From NCBI RefSeq assembly GCF_963921235.1, contig NC_086097.1, positions 239,384,001 to 239,448,000 on the forward strand: a stretch of 64,000 nucleotides of DNA, given 5' to 3'. Position 1 is the stretch's first letter; each line of letters begins with the position of its first letter. This document shows, in pieces, positions 36,652 to 49,522 of this stretch. This DNA comes from Mobula hypostoma (taxonomy: Eukaryota). The notes below the pieces were generated by a model. That model did not search any database. It saw only the letters and a program-made list of their open reading frames with translations, and was not told where the DNA came from. Both the position numbers and the translations under genes were made by a program.

Positions 36652-37108
36652 GAAGTTTGTCTCAAGAACCAAGGTACCAGTAAAGTCAACTGACAATAGC
36701 AATGTGGTGTACAGGATCACTTATGAACTCTGCAGCAATTACTGCATCGGCCAGACAGGGTGTAAACTCTCAACTCATTTACGGGAAAACAAACTGGCGG
36801 TATAGAGACACGATCTATTGTCGCCAATCTCAGTACGTGAAGTCCAAGAAGGACACCACTTTAACTGGAACACCTTGGAGATTCTATTGCAGGCAAATAT
36901 GAAGCAGGCACAGCAATTTTTAGAAGCGTAGTTCTCTTCCAATAACTCCGTAAACAAACATATCAAAATCTATGAACTGTGAAGAGCCAAAGAAATGCAA
37001 GCCAATGGAATTCAAAGGTCAACTGAAGGAGAAGCCAATCAGGACCGAGACAAGTGAACAGTGGCCTATATAAACGTGGGCACTCCCAAAGAGAAACATT
37101 ATGAACTG

Positions 37109-37150
37109 TGCACTGAGGATGTCATGTCAACTGGTGATGAAACATCTGCA
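37109..37150 (+). ncRNA. Minimal type I hammerhead motif, third family, CpG-decayed
   Basis: UGCA-CUGAGGA-UGUCAUGUCAACUGGUGAU-GAAACAUC-UGCA, downstream of the GIY-YIG remnant. Confidence 0.7.
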
Positions 37151-37549
37151 AGCTAATTGCCAAGCTTGGCGAACATCACGACATCAAAGGCCTGAGGAGA
37201 CCGGTCTTGGGGTTGGAGTGGGAGGGTGGAAAGGGGCTTGTTTTCCTGTTGTTGTTTTGTTGCTCTTGTTCTGTTGTTGTTGTTGCTTGTATTGTCATGC
37301 TGAACATTGTGAGCCGTGCCATGTGGGTGCCAGAATAAATTGCGACACTTGTCATAGGTAGTGCTAACCTAAGGTCATCTTTAGGGTGTGCTTGTTATTA
37401 ATGCAAACTGGACATTTCACTGTATCTTTCAGTGTACATGTGATAAATAAATGAATCTGAATCTGAAAAGTTGAACAGAGCAGTGGAACATGGAAATTAT
37501 TCCAGACAAGTGTGAGGCGCTGACTCTGAGAAAACAAGTTCAGATTATG

Positions 37550-37990
37550 CTTTATACCTTATACTTTATGGTCGCCAAACAATTGGTACTAGAATGTACA
37601 ATCATCACAGCGATATTTGATTCTGCGCTTCACACTCTCTAGATTACAAATATTAAATATTAAAAATATTTAAGATAGTTAAAATTAGTAAATATTAAAA
37701 ATTTAAATTATAAATCATAAATAGAAAATAGAAAAATGGGAAGTAAGGTAGTGCAAAAAAACTGAGAGGCAGGTCTGGATACTTGGAGGGCACGGCCCAG
37801 ATCCGGGTCAGGATCCGTTCAGAAGTCTTATCACAGTTGGAAAGAAGCTGTTCCCAAATCTGGCCGTACGAGTCTTCAAACTCCTGAGCCTTCTCCGGGA
37901 GGGAAGAGGGATGAAAAGTCTGTTGGCTGGGTGGGTCGTGTCCTTGATTATCCTGGCAGCACTGCTCCGACAGCGTGCGGTGTAAAGTGA
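37550..37990 (-). mobile_element. Rex1-type 3' end
   Basis: ORF 37808- (YTARCRSSAARIIKDTTHPANRLF.PLPS.RRLRS..NSFFPTVIRLLN). Confidence 0.85.
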
Positions 37991-38219
37991 TTGGACAAAT
38001 AGAGTAAATGCCAGAGCCCTTAGGTGTGTCAATGTAAAGAGAGATCTTGGGGTGCAAGCCCTTACCTCCCTGAAATTGGAGGCAAACTGAGTAAAGCAGT
38101 GAAGAAGGCATTTGGTATGTTTACTCTCATTGGTTGAGCCATTGAGTGCAGGAGTTGGAATGCCATTTTGCAATTGTACTAAATATCAGCTAGACAACAC
38201 TGGGAATATTGTGGCCACG

Positions 38220-38897
38220 CAAGAGAACTGCAGATGCTGGAGGTCTGGAGCAACACATCAGTTGCTGGAGGAACTCAGCAGGATGGGCAGCATTTATGGG
38301 GGAGGTGGAATTGACGGTTGACATTTCATGTCAAGACCCTTCATCTGGACTGGAAAGAAAGAGCAAAGAGAACCAGATTAAAGTGGTGGTGGGAGGGAAG
38401 GGGTGGTGTAAGAGCTGGCAGGTGGGTGGGTGGGGGCGAAAAGTAGGTGAGGAACGGGGAGAGAGGGAGTGATGTAAGAATCTGGGGAGTGACTGAAGAA
38501 AAAGGAAGCTGATAGGAGAGGAAAGTGAACTATTAAAGAGAGGGAAGGAGGTGGGAGGTGGGTGATGGACAGGTTAAGGGGTGGGGAAAGATAGAGTGAG
38601 AGGACCAGTGTGATTAGGGAATATATGGGAATAGAGGGTCGCTTCCACCTATTCCCTTCTATCTTCTCGCTTCATTCCCACTTCCTCCCTCTTTCACCTG
38701 TCTAACAACCCCTTTCTCACCAAAGTCCCCTATCACCTGCTAGTTCTTGGTCCACCCCTTTCCCTTACCTCACTATAATCGCTATCTAGTCTCTCTCTTT
38801 TCTGGTCTTGTTGAACGGTTGCAACTCACAACATCAACTATCCGTTTCTCTCCATAGATGTTGCCTGACACATTGAGTTCCTTCACAATTTTGAGTG
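38220..38897. mobile_element. Penelope-derived fold-back element, about 680 bp
   Basis: Purine-rich left arm inverted against pyrimidine-rich right arm; decayed core at 38315-38352 (-). Confidence 0.75.
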
Positions 38898-39959
38898 ATG
38901 TACTTAGAAAGTTGTGTAAAGATCTGGTCACCACATTACAGGACGGATGCAGCAGCAATTGAGAGAGTACAGCAGAGAGTCACTAGGATGTTGCCTGGAT
39001 TCGAGGGCTATGGTTATAAGGGGAGATTGGGGAGTTTATTCTCATTGGAATGTAGGAGACAGAGGGGCGACCTTATAAGAGTTTATATAATTAAGAGGGG
39101 CCGAGATAGAATTGATGGACAGAATTTTTCTAAGGGCAGGGGTGTCTAGAACTAGAGGCACAACTTTTATGTGAGAGGGTCTAAGTTTCAAAGAGACATG
39201 AGGGAGATGTTTTTCACACAGATCGTGGTTACCTAGAATGAGCTGCCAGAGGAGACACAGGTACAATTACAAAATTTAAAAGCTATTTAGATAGGAAAGA
39301 TACAGAGAGATGGGCTAATGCAAGCAAATTGGATTAGAATTGATCAAGTAATAGACTACATGGTGTTGTGTAGGAAAGTGTTTGTTTCTGTGCTATAAAA
39401 TTCTATTATTCCACAGAAGATTATATGGAAGAGATAGATCATTAGATTATTTCAGTATGGAATTATTGGGCTGAAAGGCCTGCCTCTGTACTGTAGTGCT
39501 CTATGAAAGGATACTCGTGAGCTGAATATTAACCAAAAACATTTGTTCTTTATAATCATCAGTTTTGCTTACAATATTTACATATTGTTTCAAAGAAGTA
39601 GATCTAGTGAGAAAAGAAGATAAATAAACTGAAATCCTTTGGACCATATAGAAGCTTTTCCTTTCTTAATAAGGTAAACTTTAAAGTTTTATGATTTTGG
39701 CACAACCATAATTACCTAAAGCTCACTTTAGGTAAATACAAAACAACATTCCAACTAGTGATGATCACAGGACATCATATTTCATGATTAACTTTGCAAT
39801 AAAGAAAGTGCTTAAGGTACTCAGCAGGTCAGGCAGCAAACAAAAACAGTTAATTTTTCAGGGCAATGAACTTTCATCAGTAGCTGATGAAAGGTTGTCA
39901 GCCTGATATTATCATTATTATTATTATTCATTCTCTCTTTCACACACACACACACACAT

Positions 39960-40360
39960 ATAGAACATAGAATGGGAAACAGTACAGCACAGTACAGACT
40001 TTTCAGCTCAAAATGTTGTGCTGACCTTTTAACCTACTCCTAGATTAATCTAATTCTTCCCTTCCACAAATCCCCCCATTTTATTTTCATTCACGTGTCT
40101 CTCTAAGAGTTTCCTAAATGTCCAAAATGGATCTGCCTCTATCACCACCCCTGGCAGTGTGTTCCATAAACCTATCACCATCTGTGTAAAATTTCTACCT
40201 TTGACATCCCCCCTATATCTTCTTCCAATCATCTTGAAAGTATAACCTTCGTATTAGCTATGTCACTCTGGGAAAGAGGCAGTAGCTGTCCACTCTGTCT
40301 ATGCCTCTTATGATCTTATAGACCTCTATCAAGTCATTTTTCATCTGCCTTAGTTCCAAA
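39960..40360 (-). mobile_element. CR1 3' end
   Basis: ORF 40050-40232 (GRRYRGDVKGRNFTQMVIGLWNTLP). Confidence 0.8.
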
Positions 40361-40698
40361 AAGAAAAAAACCCAAATTCAGCAGCATTTGCCTTTGTTGC
40401 TCATAAGTGTACTTCCACAGTAGTTCCAAAAGGAATGTCCCACCCGTTTGGGTTGTTGGGTGAATTATGGGTTCATGCAATTGTGGGAGCAGTTATGGGT
40501 AACAGAGGCTCAGGAGTTTAGGTCAATTGTTTCCTTGGATTCAGCAGGCTGGCTGATCAGAATCAGAATCAGGTTCAATATCACTGGTATGTGTCATGAA
40601 ATTTGTTGTTTTGTGGCAGCAGTACAGTGCAATACATAAAAAAGACTATAAGGTATAATATCAAATGTATACAGTATAACAATTAAATAAGTGGTGCA

Positions 40699-41016
40699 GT
40701 GTGAGCATGTGGCCAAGTGGTTAAGGCTTTGGACTAGCTACCTGAAGGTCGTGAGTTTGAGCCCCAGTCAAGGGAACGTGTTGTGTCCTTGAGCAAGGTA
40801 CTTAATCACACATTGCTCTGCGATGACAATGGTGCCAAGCTGTATGGGTCCTAATGCCCTTCCCTTGGACAACTTTGGTGTCGTAAAGAGGGGAGACTCG
40901 CAGCATGGGCAACTGCTGGTCTTCCATACAACCTTGCCCAGGCCTGTGCCCTGGAAGGTGAAGACTTTCCAGGCGCAGATCCATGGTCTCGCAAGACTAA
41001 CGGATGCCTTTGCTCT
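40699..41016 (+). mobile_element. tRNA-derived SINE inside a Rex1 3' fragment (about 40557-41230)
   Basis: A box tggccaagtgg, B box gtttgagcc, central gtgtccttgagcaaggtacttaa; 11-bp TSD taagt(g/a)gtgca. Confidence 0.85.
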
Positions 41017-41464
41017 TAAGTAGTGCAAAAAGAGAGCAAAAAAAATATTCAGGTAGTGCACATGGGTTCATTGTCCATTCAGAAGCTTGATGGTAGTGGG
41101 GAAGGAACTGTTCCTGAACTGTAGAGTGTGTGTCTTCACCTAGTAGCAATGATGGATGCTGCTTTTTCAAGCTTACACTTTTGAAGGTGTTCTCGAAGCT
41201 GGGGAGGACATGATGGAACAAACTGAGGCCTCAGCTATGCTGATGCATGGAACTCTCTTCGTGGACCTCAGTTCAGACCACTATTTGCTTAAGGTTATCG
41301 CCTGCACGATGTGTATATTTCTCTGTACATTGCGTGTTCGACAGGATTTTTTGTATGTGAGTTATTTTGGGTTTCTTTGTTTCGTGGCTGCCTATTAAGA
41401 AACAAATCTCAAAGCTGTGTAATGTATACATACATTAATAATAAATGTACTTTAAACTTTGAAG

Positions 41465-43270
41465 AGTCCATGCTCAAGTATGTAAAAAATAAGAGATATG
41501 AGAGTGGATATAGGACCACCAGAAAATGAGGCTTGAAAAACCATAATGGGGGTTAGGGAGATGGCAGATGAACTAATGAGTATTTTGCATCAGTCTTCAC
41601 AGTGGAAAATACTGGCAGTGTGCCAGTTATTGAAGGGTGTGAGGGAAGAGGAGGGACTGTAGTTACTGTTACAAGGGAGACGGTGCTCAAAAAACTGGAA
41701 GACTGAGGGTACATAAGTCACTCAGGCAATATGAACTGCACCCTCAGGTTCTGAATGAAGTAGTGATAGAGAATGTGGAGACATTAGTAATGATCTTTCA
41801 AAAACCATTGGACTTTGGCACAATGACTGAGAACTGAAGAATTGCAAATGTCACTGCACTCTTTCAGAGAGGTGGCAAACAGCAGAAAGGAAATTATAGA
41901 CTAGTTGCCTGAACTCAGTGGTTGGGAAGATGTTGGAGTCAGTTGTGAAGGACAAGCTTTTTGAATATTTGATGACACAGGACAAGATAGGACAATGTCA
42001 GCATGGTTTCCTTAAGGGAAAATCTTTCCTGACAAATCTGTTGGAATTCTTTGAGGAGTTTACAAGCAGGATAGATAAAGGGGATGTAGTGGGTGTTGTA
42101 TACTTGGACTTTTGAAGGCCTTTGACAATGTACCACACATGAAGCTGCTTACCAAGTGAAGAGCCCATGGTATTACAGGAAAGTTATTAACATGGTTAGA
42201 ATATTGGCTAATTGGTAAGAGGCAGTGAGTGGGAATAAAACAATCCTTTTCTGGTTGGCTGCCAGTGACTAGTGGTGTTTTGCAGGGGTCAATGTTGAGA
42301 CCGCTTCTTTTTATGTTGTATATCAATGGTTTAGATTATGGAATAGATGGCTTTGCTGCTGTTTGCTGATGATACAAAGATTGGTGGAGGGGCAGGTAGT
42401 GTTGAGAAAACAGACTACAGAAGGACTTAGACAGATTAGGAGAATGGGCAATAAAGTGGTAAATAAAATACAATGTTGGAAAATACGTAGTCATGCACAT
42501 TGGTAGTAGAAATAAATGTGCAGACTATTTTCTAAATAAGGAGAAAATCCATAAACCTGAGATGCAAAGGGACTTGGGAGTCCTCGTGCAGAACACTGTA
42601 AAGGTTAGCTTGCAGGTCGAGTCAGCAGTGAGGAAGGCAAATGCAATGGTAGCATTCATTTCAAGATGTCTAGAGGACAAGAGCAGGGATGTGATGCTGA
42701 GCCTTGATGAGGCCTCACCTTGAGCATTGTGAACAGTTTTGGGCTCCTGATCTGAGAAACATTGTGCTGGCATTGGAGAGAGCGCAGACGAGATTCACAA
42801 GGATGATTCCGGGAATAAAAGGATTATCATATGAGGAACTTTTGATGGCTCTGAGTCTGTAATTGCAGGGATTTAGAAAGATAAGGGAGTATCTCATTGA
42901 AACCTTTAGACTATTACAAGACAACACAGAGTAGATGTGGAAAAGATGTTTCCCATGGTGGGGGAGTCTAGGACAAGAGGGCACAGCCTTAGGACAGAGG
43001 GGCATCCATTTAAAACAGAGATGTGAAGAAATTTCTTTTAGCCAGAGGGTGGTGAATTTGTGGAATTTATTACCACAGGCAGCTGTGGAGGCCAGGTTTT
43101 TGGGTATATTTAAGACAGAGTTTGATAGGTTCTTAATTGGACATGGCATCAAAAGTTATGGGGAGAAGGCTGAGGAATGGGGCTGAGAAGGGGAAAAAAA
43201 CCATGATTGAATGGTGGAGCAGCATTGTTAGGCCAAATGGCCTGATTCTGCTCCTATGTCTTATGGTCTT
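41465..43270 (+). mobile_element. CR1 ORF2 (RT) to 3' end, decayed
   Basis: ORFs 41918-42115 (QHGFLKGKSFLTNLLEFFE..VYLDF), 42493-42723, 42935-43186. Confidence 0.92.
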
Positions 43271-43605
43271 ATCAAAGGGATTTTTGTTGTTATTGTCTTG
43301 TTTTATTTTGTTGTTGCTGCTGCTTGCATTGTTCTGTCCATCATCGTGGGCATAATATTTTGGTGCTGGAATGTGGGGCGACACCTGTGGGCTGCTCCCA
43401 GTGCATCCTTCGGTTTGTTGGTTGTCAACGCAAATGACACATTTCACTGTCTATTTTAATTAAATCAGAATCAGAATCTGAATCAGATCTCATCAAGCTG
43501 TTTAATCACATTCTTAAAAAAATCATCCATTGCCAAGTTTGTTTTACAGATTGGGGGAAAACGTAGAATGTACAATATCACTTACTATTCTAAACTGACA
43601 TCAAA

Positions 43606-44552
43606 TATCACACACAAAATGCTGGAGGAAATCAGGCAGCAACTAAGGAAATGTATAACCTTTTGGGTCGAGACCTTCCCTTAAGACTAGAAAGGAAGGG
43701 ATAAGATGCCAGAGTAAGAAGGTGGGGGCTGCGGAAGGAGGATAGTTAGAAGGTGACAGGTGGAGGAAGGTGGGTGGGAAATGTAGAGGGCTGGGGAAGA
43801 AGGAATCTGATAGGCAAGGAGAGTGGACCACAGAAAAAAAGGGAATGAGAAGGGGTACTGGGGGGGTAGTGATAGCCAGGTGAAAAGAGGTAAAAGGCAG
43901 GAGTTGGGAATAGAAGAGAGGAGGGGGAGGGAAAAAAGTTATTGAAAGGAGAAATTGATATTCCATAAGACCATAAGATATAGGAACAGAAGTAGGCCAT
44001 TCGGCCCATTGAGTCTGCTCCGCCATTCAGTCATGGGCTGATCCAATTCTTCCAGTAATCCCCACTCCCCTGCCTTCTCCCCATACCCTTTGATGCCCTG
44101 GCTAATCAAGAACCTATCTATCTCTGCCTTAAATACACCCAGTGACTTGGCCTCCACAGCCGCTCGTGGCAACAAATTCTACAGCATATACATGCTAGCA
44201 GGTCAGAAGCTTCCCAGAGGCAATATAAATTGCTACTTCTCTACCCTGAGAACCCATGTTCCTATGCTCCTACAGACTGCTCTCCTCTCCTAACAGATTG
44301 CTGCTTCAACAAACCTTGATCTTTCTCACCCACCTGCTTTTCCTATCACCTTTAGCTAGCTTACTCCCTCTCTCCCCACCTTTTTATTCTAGCATATTCC
44401 CCCTTCCTTTTACAGTCCTGAAAAGGGTCTCATCCAGAAAAGTTGATTGTTTAGTCCTTTCCATAGATGCTGCCTGAGCTGTTGTGCTCCTCCAGCCTTT
44501 TGTGCGTGCTGCTTTGAATTTCCAGCGTCTGCAGACTTTCTCATGTTTGTGA
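43606..44552. mobile_element. Penelope-derived fold-back element with nested CR1 3' end (43963-44184, -)
   Basis: Inverted PLE termini; GIY-YIG C-terminal remnant flanks the CR1; decayed + core cagtcctgaaaagggtctc..gaaaagttgattg at 44413-44449. Confidence 0.75.
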
Positions 44553-45014
44553 TTACAAAGTTCTTCCTGTCCTCTGCAGTATTTTTCTGGTAACCTATAA
44601 ATGACCACCATCACTTTGTGCTCCAGATTTCAAAAAGTAATTGCATAACGCTAGTGGAAAAACAGTTTTCTGCCAATGAATTTCCCAGCCATTGTGATAC
44701 TTTGTAAATATTTAAACTTATCAATTGGAAATGTTATTCTTCATCGACTTTTGCTGAAACGTACATACTAATGATGATGTAGGTAAATTGTTCTATGAGG
44801 CAGAGCAATTTGCATTTGCAAAAGAGAGAATTAAACTAAAGGTATAAATTTGTTTTGGCATCTTATAGCAAAGGGCTACCAGAAACCTTAGTCTAAGAAC
44901 TACAGGAGCTGGCTCACACACCTCATCAGCACACTTCTGGTGATCTGTAAATGCTGACTGGGTATTCGTCATGCTTGTTCCATAGAAAAGACTGAACTGT
45001 AAGATGTGGACATG

Positions 45015-45505
45015 ACTTGAAAGGCCTAGATCGAATGGATGTTTCCAAGAGTTTCCAAGAGTCTAAGACCAGAGGGCACAACCTCAGAATAAAGGGATGT
45101 CCATTAAGAATAGAGAGGCATCCATTTTCTTTAGCCAGAGGGGCGTAAATCTGTGGAATTCATTGCCACAGGCAGCTGTGGAAGCCAGGTCTTTGGGTGT
45201 ATTTAAGGTGGATTTTTCGATAAGTCAGGGTGTGAAAGGTTATGGGGAGAAGGCAGGAGAATGGGGTTGAGAGGGAAATGGATCAGATGGTGGAGCAGAC
45301 TTGATGGGCCAAATGGCCTGATTCTGCTCCTATGTCTTGTGGTCTTATGAATAGACAAAGGAGAGTCAGGGGATGTTAATTACTTGGAATTTCAGAAGGC
45401 CTTTGAAAAGTTGCCAAACATCAGGTTGCTTAACAAGATTAGAGCCCATGATATTCCAGGAAAGGTACTAGCATGGGAGGAAGATTGTCTGACTGGCAGG
45501 AGGCC
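45015..45505 (+). mobile_element. CR1 fragments
   Basis: 3' end 45015-45350; RT piece EFQKAFEKLP.IRLLNKIRAH. Confidence 0.8.
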
Positions 45506-45975
45506 ATGCGATCTCTGTCTAGCTCTTTGGAGAGACAGCAGGAAGTTGAATCAGGAGGAAATGAGATAGAGAACAATGAGGAGAAAGGTAAAGAATAATG
45601 GATTACAAGTGACAGAGACAGGACTAAGTGGAAAAACCATGATCAATACTGAGGAGAAATTATCAAGTTTGTATTTGAATCAGCAAACCTTTAAAACTGG
45701 TAACAATGATAGGATGTTAATGCATTTCAAGAATGAGGTATTTATTTGATGCAAAAAGTAAGCTGCACACCAATGAAAAGATCTACGCACATCAAATAAA
45801 GTTTAAAATCAGGAATGCAGTAGCTATGTCACAATAAAAACTGTGTGCCAAGACTGAAGCAAGCACAGTGTGATATATTCCATGGAGACTTGCTTTAGCC
45901 ATGTCTTCCCTGCGACTGTTCCACTTTTCAGCCGGGAAAAGTTTATTTGCTGGGAGCTGTAGACCTGGAGAGATG

Positions 45976-47577
45976 CCTTCAGTGGCCACTTTATTAAGTA
46001 CACCTGTACACCATTAACACAAATATCTAATTAGCCAGTCCTGAGGCAGCAACTCAATGCATAAATGTCAAGAGATTCGGGTGTTGTTCATGAAGCTTCT
46101 TGACTGGGCTCGTGTGGAAACTTGGCTCATTGCCGGCCCCGTTAACAGCCATGGTACTCAGCGGTGAGAAGGCCACCTTTCTTAGGGTCGGTATGAATTG
46201 AGGTTCAACCAAACAGGAACGTCAAGATGTTACCATTAAAGAAACCTCTGTTTGAGTGGATACTGTGTAAACACTGCTCATACACAACTGCTGGTCGGCA
46301 ACAAATAACAGATTGTACGCTGCATAAAGTTTTGAAGTATGTTTACGAATTTCAGCTTGATCAAACAATTAGTAGGAAAAAGAAAAGGAAAATAAAATGG
46401 AAGGGCCAATACAGTTAACCCAGTCCAAATGTACACGTAAGATTGGAACTCTTACTGGAGTCGTCTTTAACTTACGCGCTGGATTCACGGACTGTGTGAA
46501 AGCACACACCACATCTACCCACAAGTAGTGAAATGTATAACACCTCCCTCCCTTCTCCTGCCTCCCACCTAAGACGGCGGCAGCTAAATGCATCACACTT
46601 CCAGGAATGGCAGGTGTGCAATAGTCCTACCCCCCCATCCATATATTATTAATTTTGGACTGCATTCCTGAGGTTTTAGGGTTTATTTTATGTATATATT
46701 CTTTGTCATGCTGCAAAATGTTGAGCTGCTAAACTGTGTTTCATTGCTCCACAACAATGACAATAAAGATATTCTATTCTATTCTGAACTTCGCTTGAAA
46801 TTCATCTCAAACGAATCGTCTCACTTGGGAGTATTGTCTCTTCCTCCTTGGAGGAGTTCATCTGTATACAGAACCTTGTCCAACAGGGATGACATCCTCA
46901 GCCATCCTCTCTCCTGTCTTCTCCGCAGCTCGCACCAAAAAACAACAGTGAACCACAATGTCCACCACAAATCTCTCTCCGCCCCACTCTCACGAACTTT
47001 CTCCTGATTCTGCCACCCTGATTGGCTGGCACAAAATTCCTATGTTGAACATCAGAACCCCTTATCTTTACCCAAAACTGATACGGGCTATCAGCAGGAC
47101 ACACTGCTCCTACAGAAAACTACTAAATGAGGTAACCTACAGCATTAGCAGTAAAAAATCTTAACCAGGGCATTACATCAGAATGGGGAAGATATGTGAT
47201 CTAAGTAACTTTGACCATGGGATGATTTGAGTATCTCAGAAACGGCTGATTTCCTGGGATTTTCACACACAACAGTCTCCAGAGCTTACAGAGAACAGTG
47301 CATGAAACAAACAAAAGAAAACCGATCCACTGAGTGACAGTTCTGTGGGTGAAAACGCCTTGTTACTGAGCGAGGTCAGAAGCAAATGGCCAGATTGGTT
47401 TTAGCTGACAGGAAGATCACAGTAACTCAGATAACTAGATGTTACAACAGTGGTGTGCAGAAGAGCATCACTGACTGCACAACACGTTGGACCTTAGTGT
47501 GGATGGGCTGCAGCAGGAGACTGTGAACGTACGCTCAGTAGCCGCTCTGTAGGTACCTATCAAAGTGACACTGTGTG
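45976..47577 (+). mobile_element. Internally deleted Tc1 element, copy 3, with nested LTR
   Basis: tcagtggccactttattaag TIR; MGKICDLSNFDHGM..SETADFLGFSHTTVSRAYRE after 47178. Confidence 0.8.
46091..47177. mobile_element. Solo LTR (related to 1631-2229) with internal LINE-tail insertion
   Basis: TG...TTACA termini; internal and 3' blocks resemble 1631-2229; (ATTCT)n tail near 46770-46785. Confidence 0.6.
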
Positions 47578-48070
47578 GATGTCATGGCAGCAGATGCTGG
47601 CATTCTGTATGCAGACCTCTTCACTGACATTCTAATCATGGAGCTAGGAACTATCAGGGAATACATAGCGAAACAAGGCAGGTCTGTTATTACATCCTCT
47701 ACATCTGCTTACACATGGAATGGGCAATTATTTAATTATGAAAGGCCAGCATCCGAACCACTGTGCTATCAGTGCAAAGGTCATCAACACCAACTGGGAA
47801 ATTCATTCCACTGCTAATTAGTGTGATAGAAGCAGAACACCGACTGTTAATGTTTTTAAGATCGCATTGAAAAACAAAGTGGTATTAAAGGAGTGAAAAT
47901 GCCACTTGCCCTCACCCACACTCTTTCTCAAGCGCTCTTGAAAGATGCCCAGTTATCTTAATAATTACTTTGAAATTAAAGGTTGAACATTAGCAAAGTT
48001 GGGAGTTCATTTTCTGAGAAGAAATAATGCAAGGTATTTGGCTTGGGCAGGGCTGCTGGATGGTTATAAA

Positions 48071-48870
48071 GATAAAGAAGTATAGGACAGAAATAGGTCA
48101 TTCGGCCCATCTAGTCCATGTTGAAAACTATTTAAACTGCCTTCTCCCAACGAACTGCACCAGGACCATATCCCTCCATATCCTAACTATCCATGTACCT
48201 ATCCAAACTTCTCTTAAACATTGAAATCAAGTTCGCATGGACCACTTGCGCTGGCAGCTCGTTCCACACACTCAGGACCCTATGAGTGAAGAAGTTTCCC
48301 CTCATGTTCCCTCTAAATTTCTCACCTTTCACCCTTAAGCCATAACTTCTCATTGTCGTCCCACACAACCTCAATGAAAAAAGTATGCTTGTATTTACCC
48401 TTTCTATACCCCTCATAAAACTCCTCTCTATCTTCTAAAGAATATGGTTCTAACCTATTCAATTTTTACTCATAACTCAGGTTCTCCAGACCCAGCAACA
48501 TCCTTATAAATTTTCTATGAGCTCTTTCAAACATTTTTATCTTTTCTGTAGGTAGGTGACGAAATCTGCGTACAATGCTCCAAATTAGACCTCACCATTG
48601 TCTTATATAACTTCAACATGACATCCCATATTTTGTACTCGATATATTGATTTATGAAGGCCAATGTGTCAAAAGCTTTCCTTGCGACCCTACCTACCAT
48701 GATGTCACTTTCAACACATTATGTACCTGTATTCCCAAATCACTTTTTCTACCATATTCCTCAGGGCCTACTATTCACTGTGTAAGACCTACCCTGGTTA
48801 GTCCTACCGATGTGCAAAACCTTGCACTTGTTTGCATTAAATTCCACCTGCCATTTTTCAGAATTTTTTT
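48071..48870 (-). mobile_element. CR1 3' portion
   Basis: ORF 48183-48416 (GEKFRGNMRGNFFTHRVLSVWNELP). Confidence 0.85.
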
Positions 48871-48928
48871 TCATGTCTGTGCTTATTTTCCTTCTTGGCT
48901 GCTGCTTTAAGATTTCTTGTTTTGGATA

Positions 48929-49522
48929 ATAATAAAGAAATTATTCATATTAAAGAAAAAGTTAACCAGTGGAAGATCTTGAACCTCCGTGGGTGACATC
49001 CCATTATTTGAGCAGACTGGATGTTGACAAGGAAATATCAAACATCTGGCTCAGATTTGTAAACCTCTTCCCAGAAACTGAAGGGTTCGTTCTGGCAATA
49101 CAGGAACAGGTGATTAACACAAGAAACATCTAAAATGCATAATAAAAGACCAACAAATTCAAGGCGATAAATGTGAAAAATGCCAAGAGAAGCCAGAAAC
49201 AATCCAACACATTACAGGATCCTGCAGCAGTTTAACTCAATCTGATTACTTACACAGGTACAATCAAGTGGTAAATGTCATTCACAAACATCTTGTTTTA
49301 AAATACAAACTCATAAAAGACAGTATACATTACTATAAATACAAGCCTGGTCCAGTTTTAGAGTCAGCTTCCTACAAATTATATTACGACTTATCCATTA
49401 TTACATAAAGAGCAATCCATAATAACTGACTGGATGTAAGACAAAAGGATAAACAAGCAAGAACAACTTACTTAATCGATAAAGCCATTCCAGACACACA
49501 TAATATACAGAAATCAATAAGT
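48929..49522 (+). mobile_element. R4/Dong-clade (RLE) non-LTR element, internal fragment
   Basis: LFPETEGFVLAIQEQVINTRN..DKCEKCQEKPETIQHITGSC (CCHC knuckle)..DKQARTTYLID.AIP. Confidence 0.85.

Larger units (their letters stand above)
36345..37190 (+). mobile_element. Penelope/Poseidon-type element 3' part (GIY-YIG pseudogene plus hammerhead)
   Basis: ITIAHKPTATLRKF|VSRTK..NVVYRITYELCSNYCIGQTGCKLSTHLREN..RHD..GHHFNW..FLEA..SVNKHI. Confidence 0.85.
37465..39415 (+). mobile_element. Old CR1 3' portion with nested insertions
   Basis: ORF 38895-39149 (WSPHYR.D..IERVQQRVTRMLPG..RGDLI). Confidence 0.75.

Noticed and set aside
40703..40775. tRNA gene
   Set aside because: No complete cloverleaf; continues into a SINE body bounded by TSDs
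47575..47817. 80-aa ORF in unique sequence
   Set aside because: Starts at a Tc1 boundary; no recognisable motif or convincing splice pair
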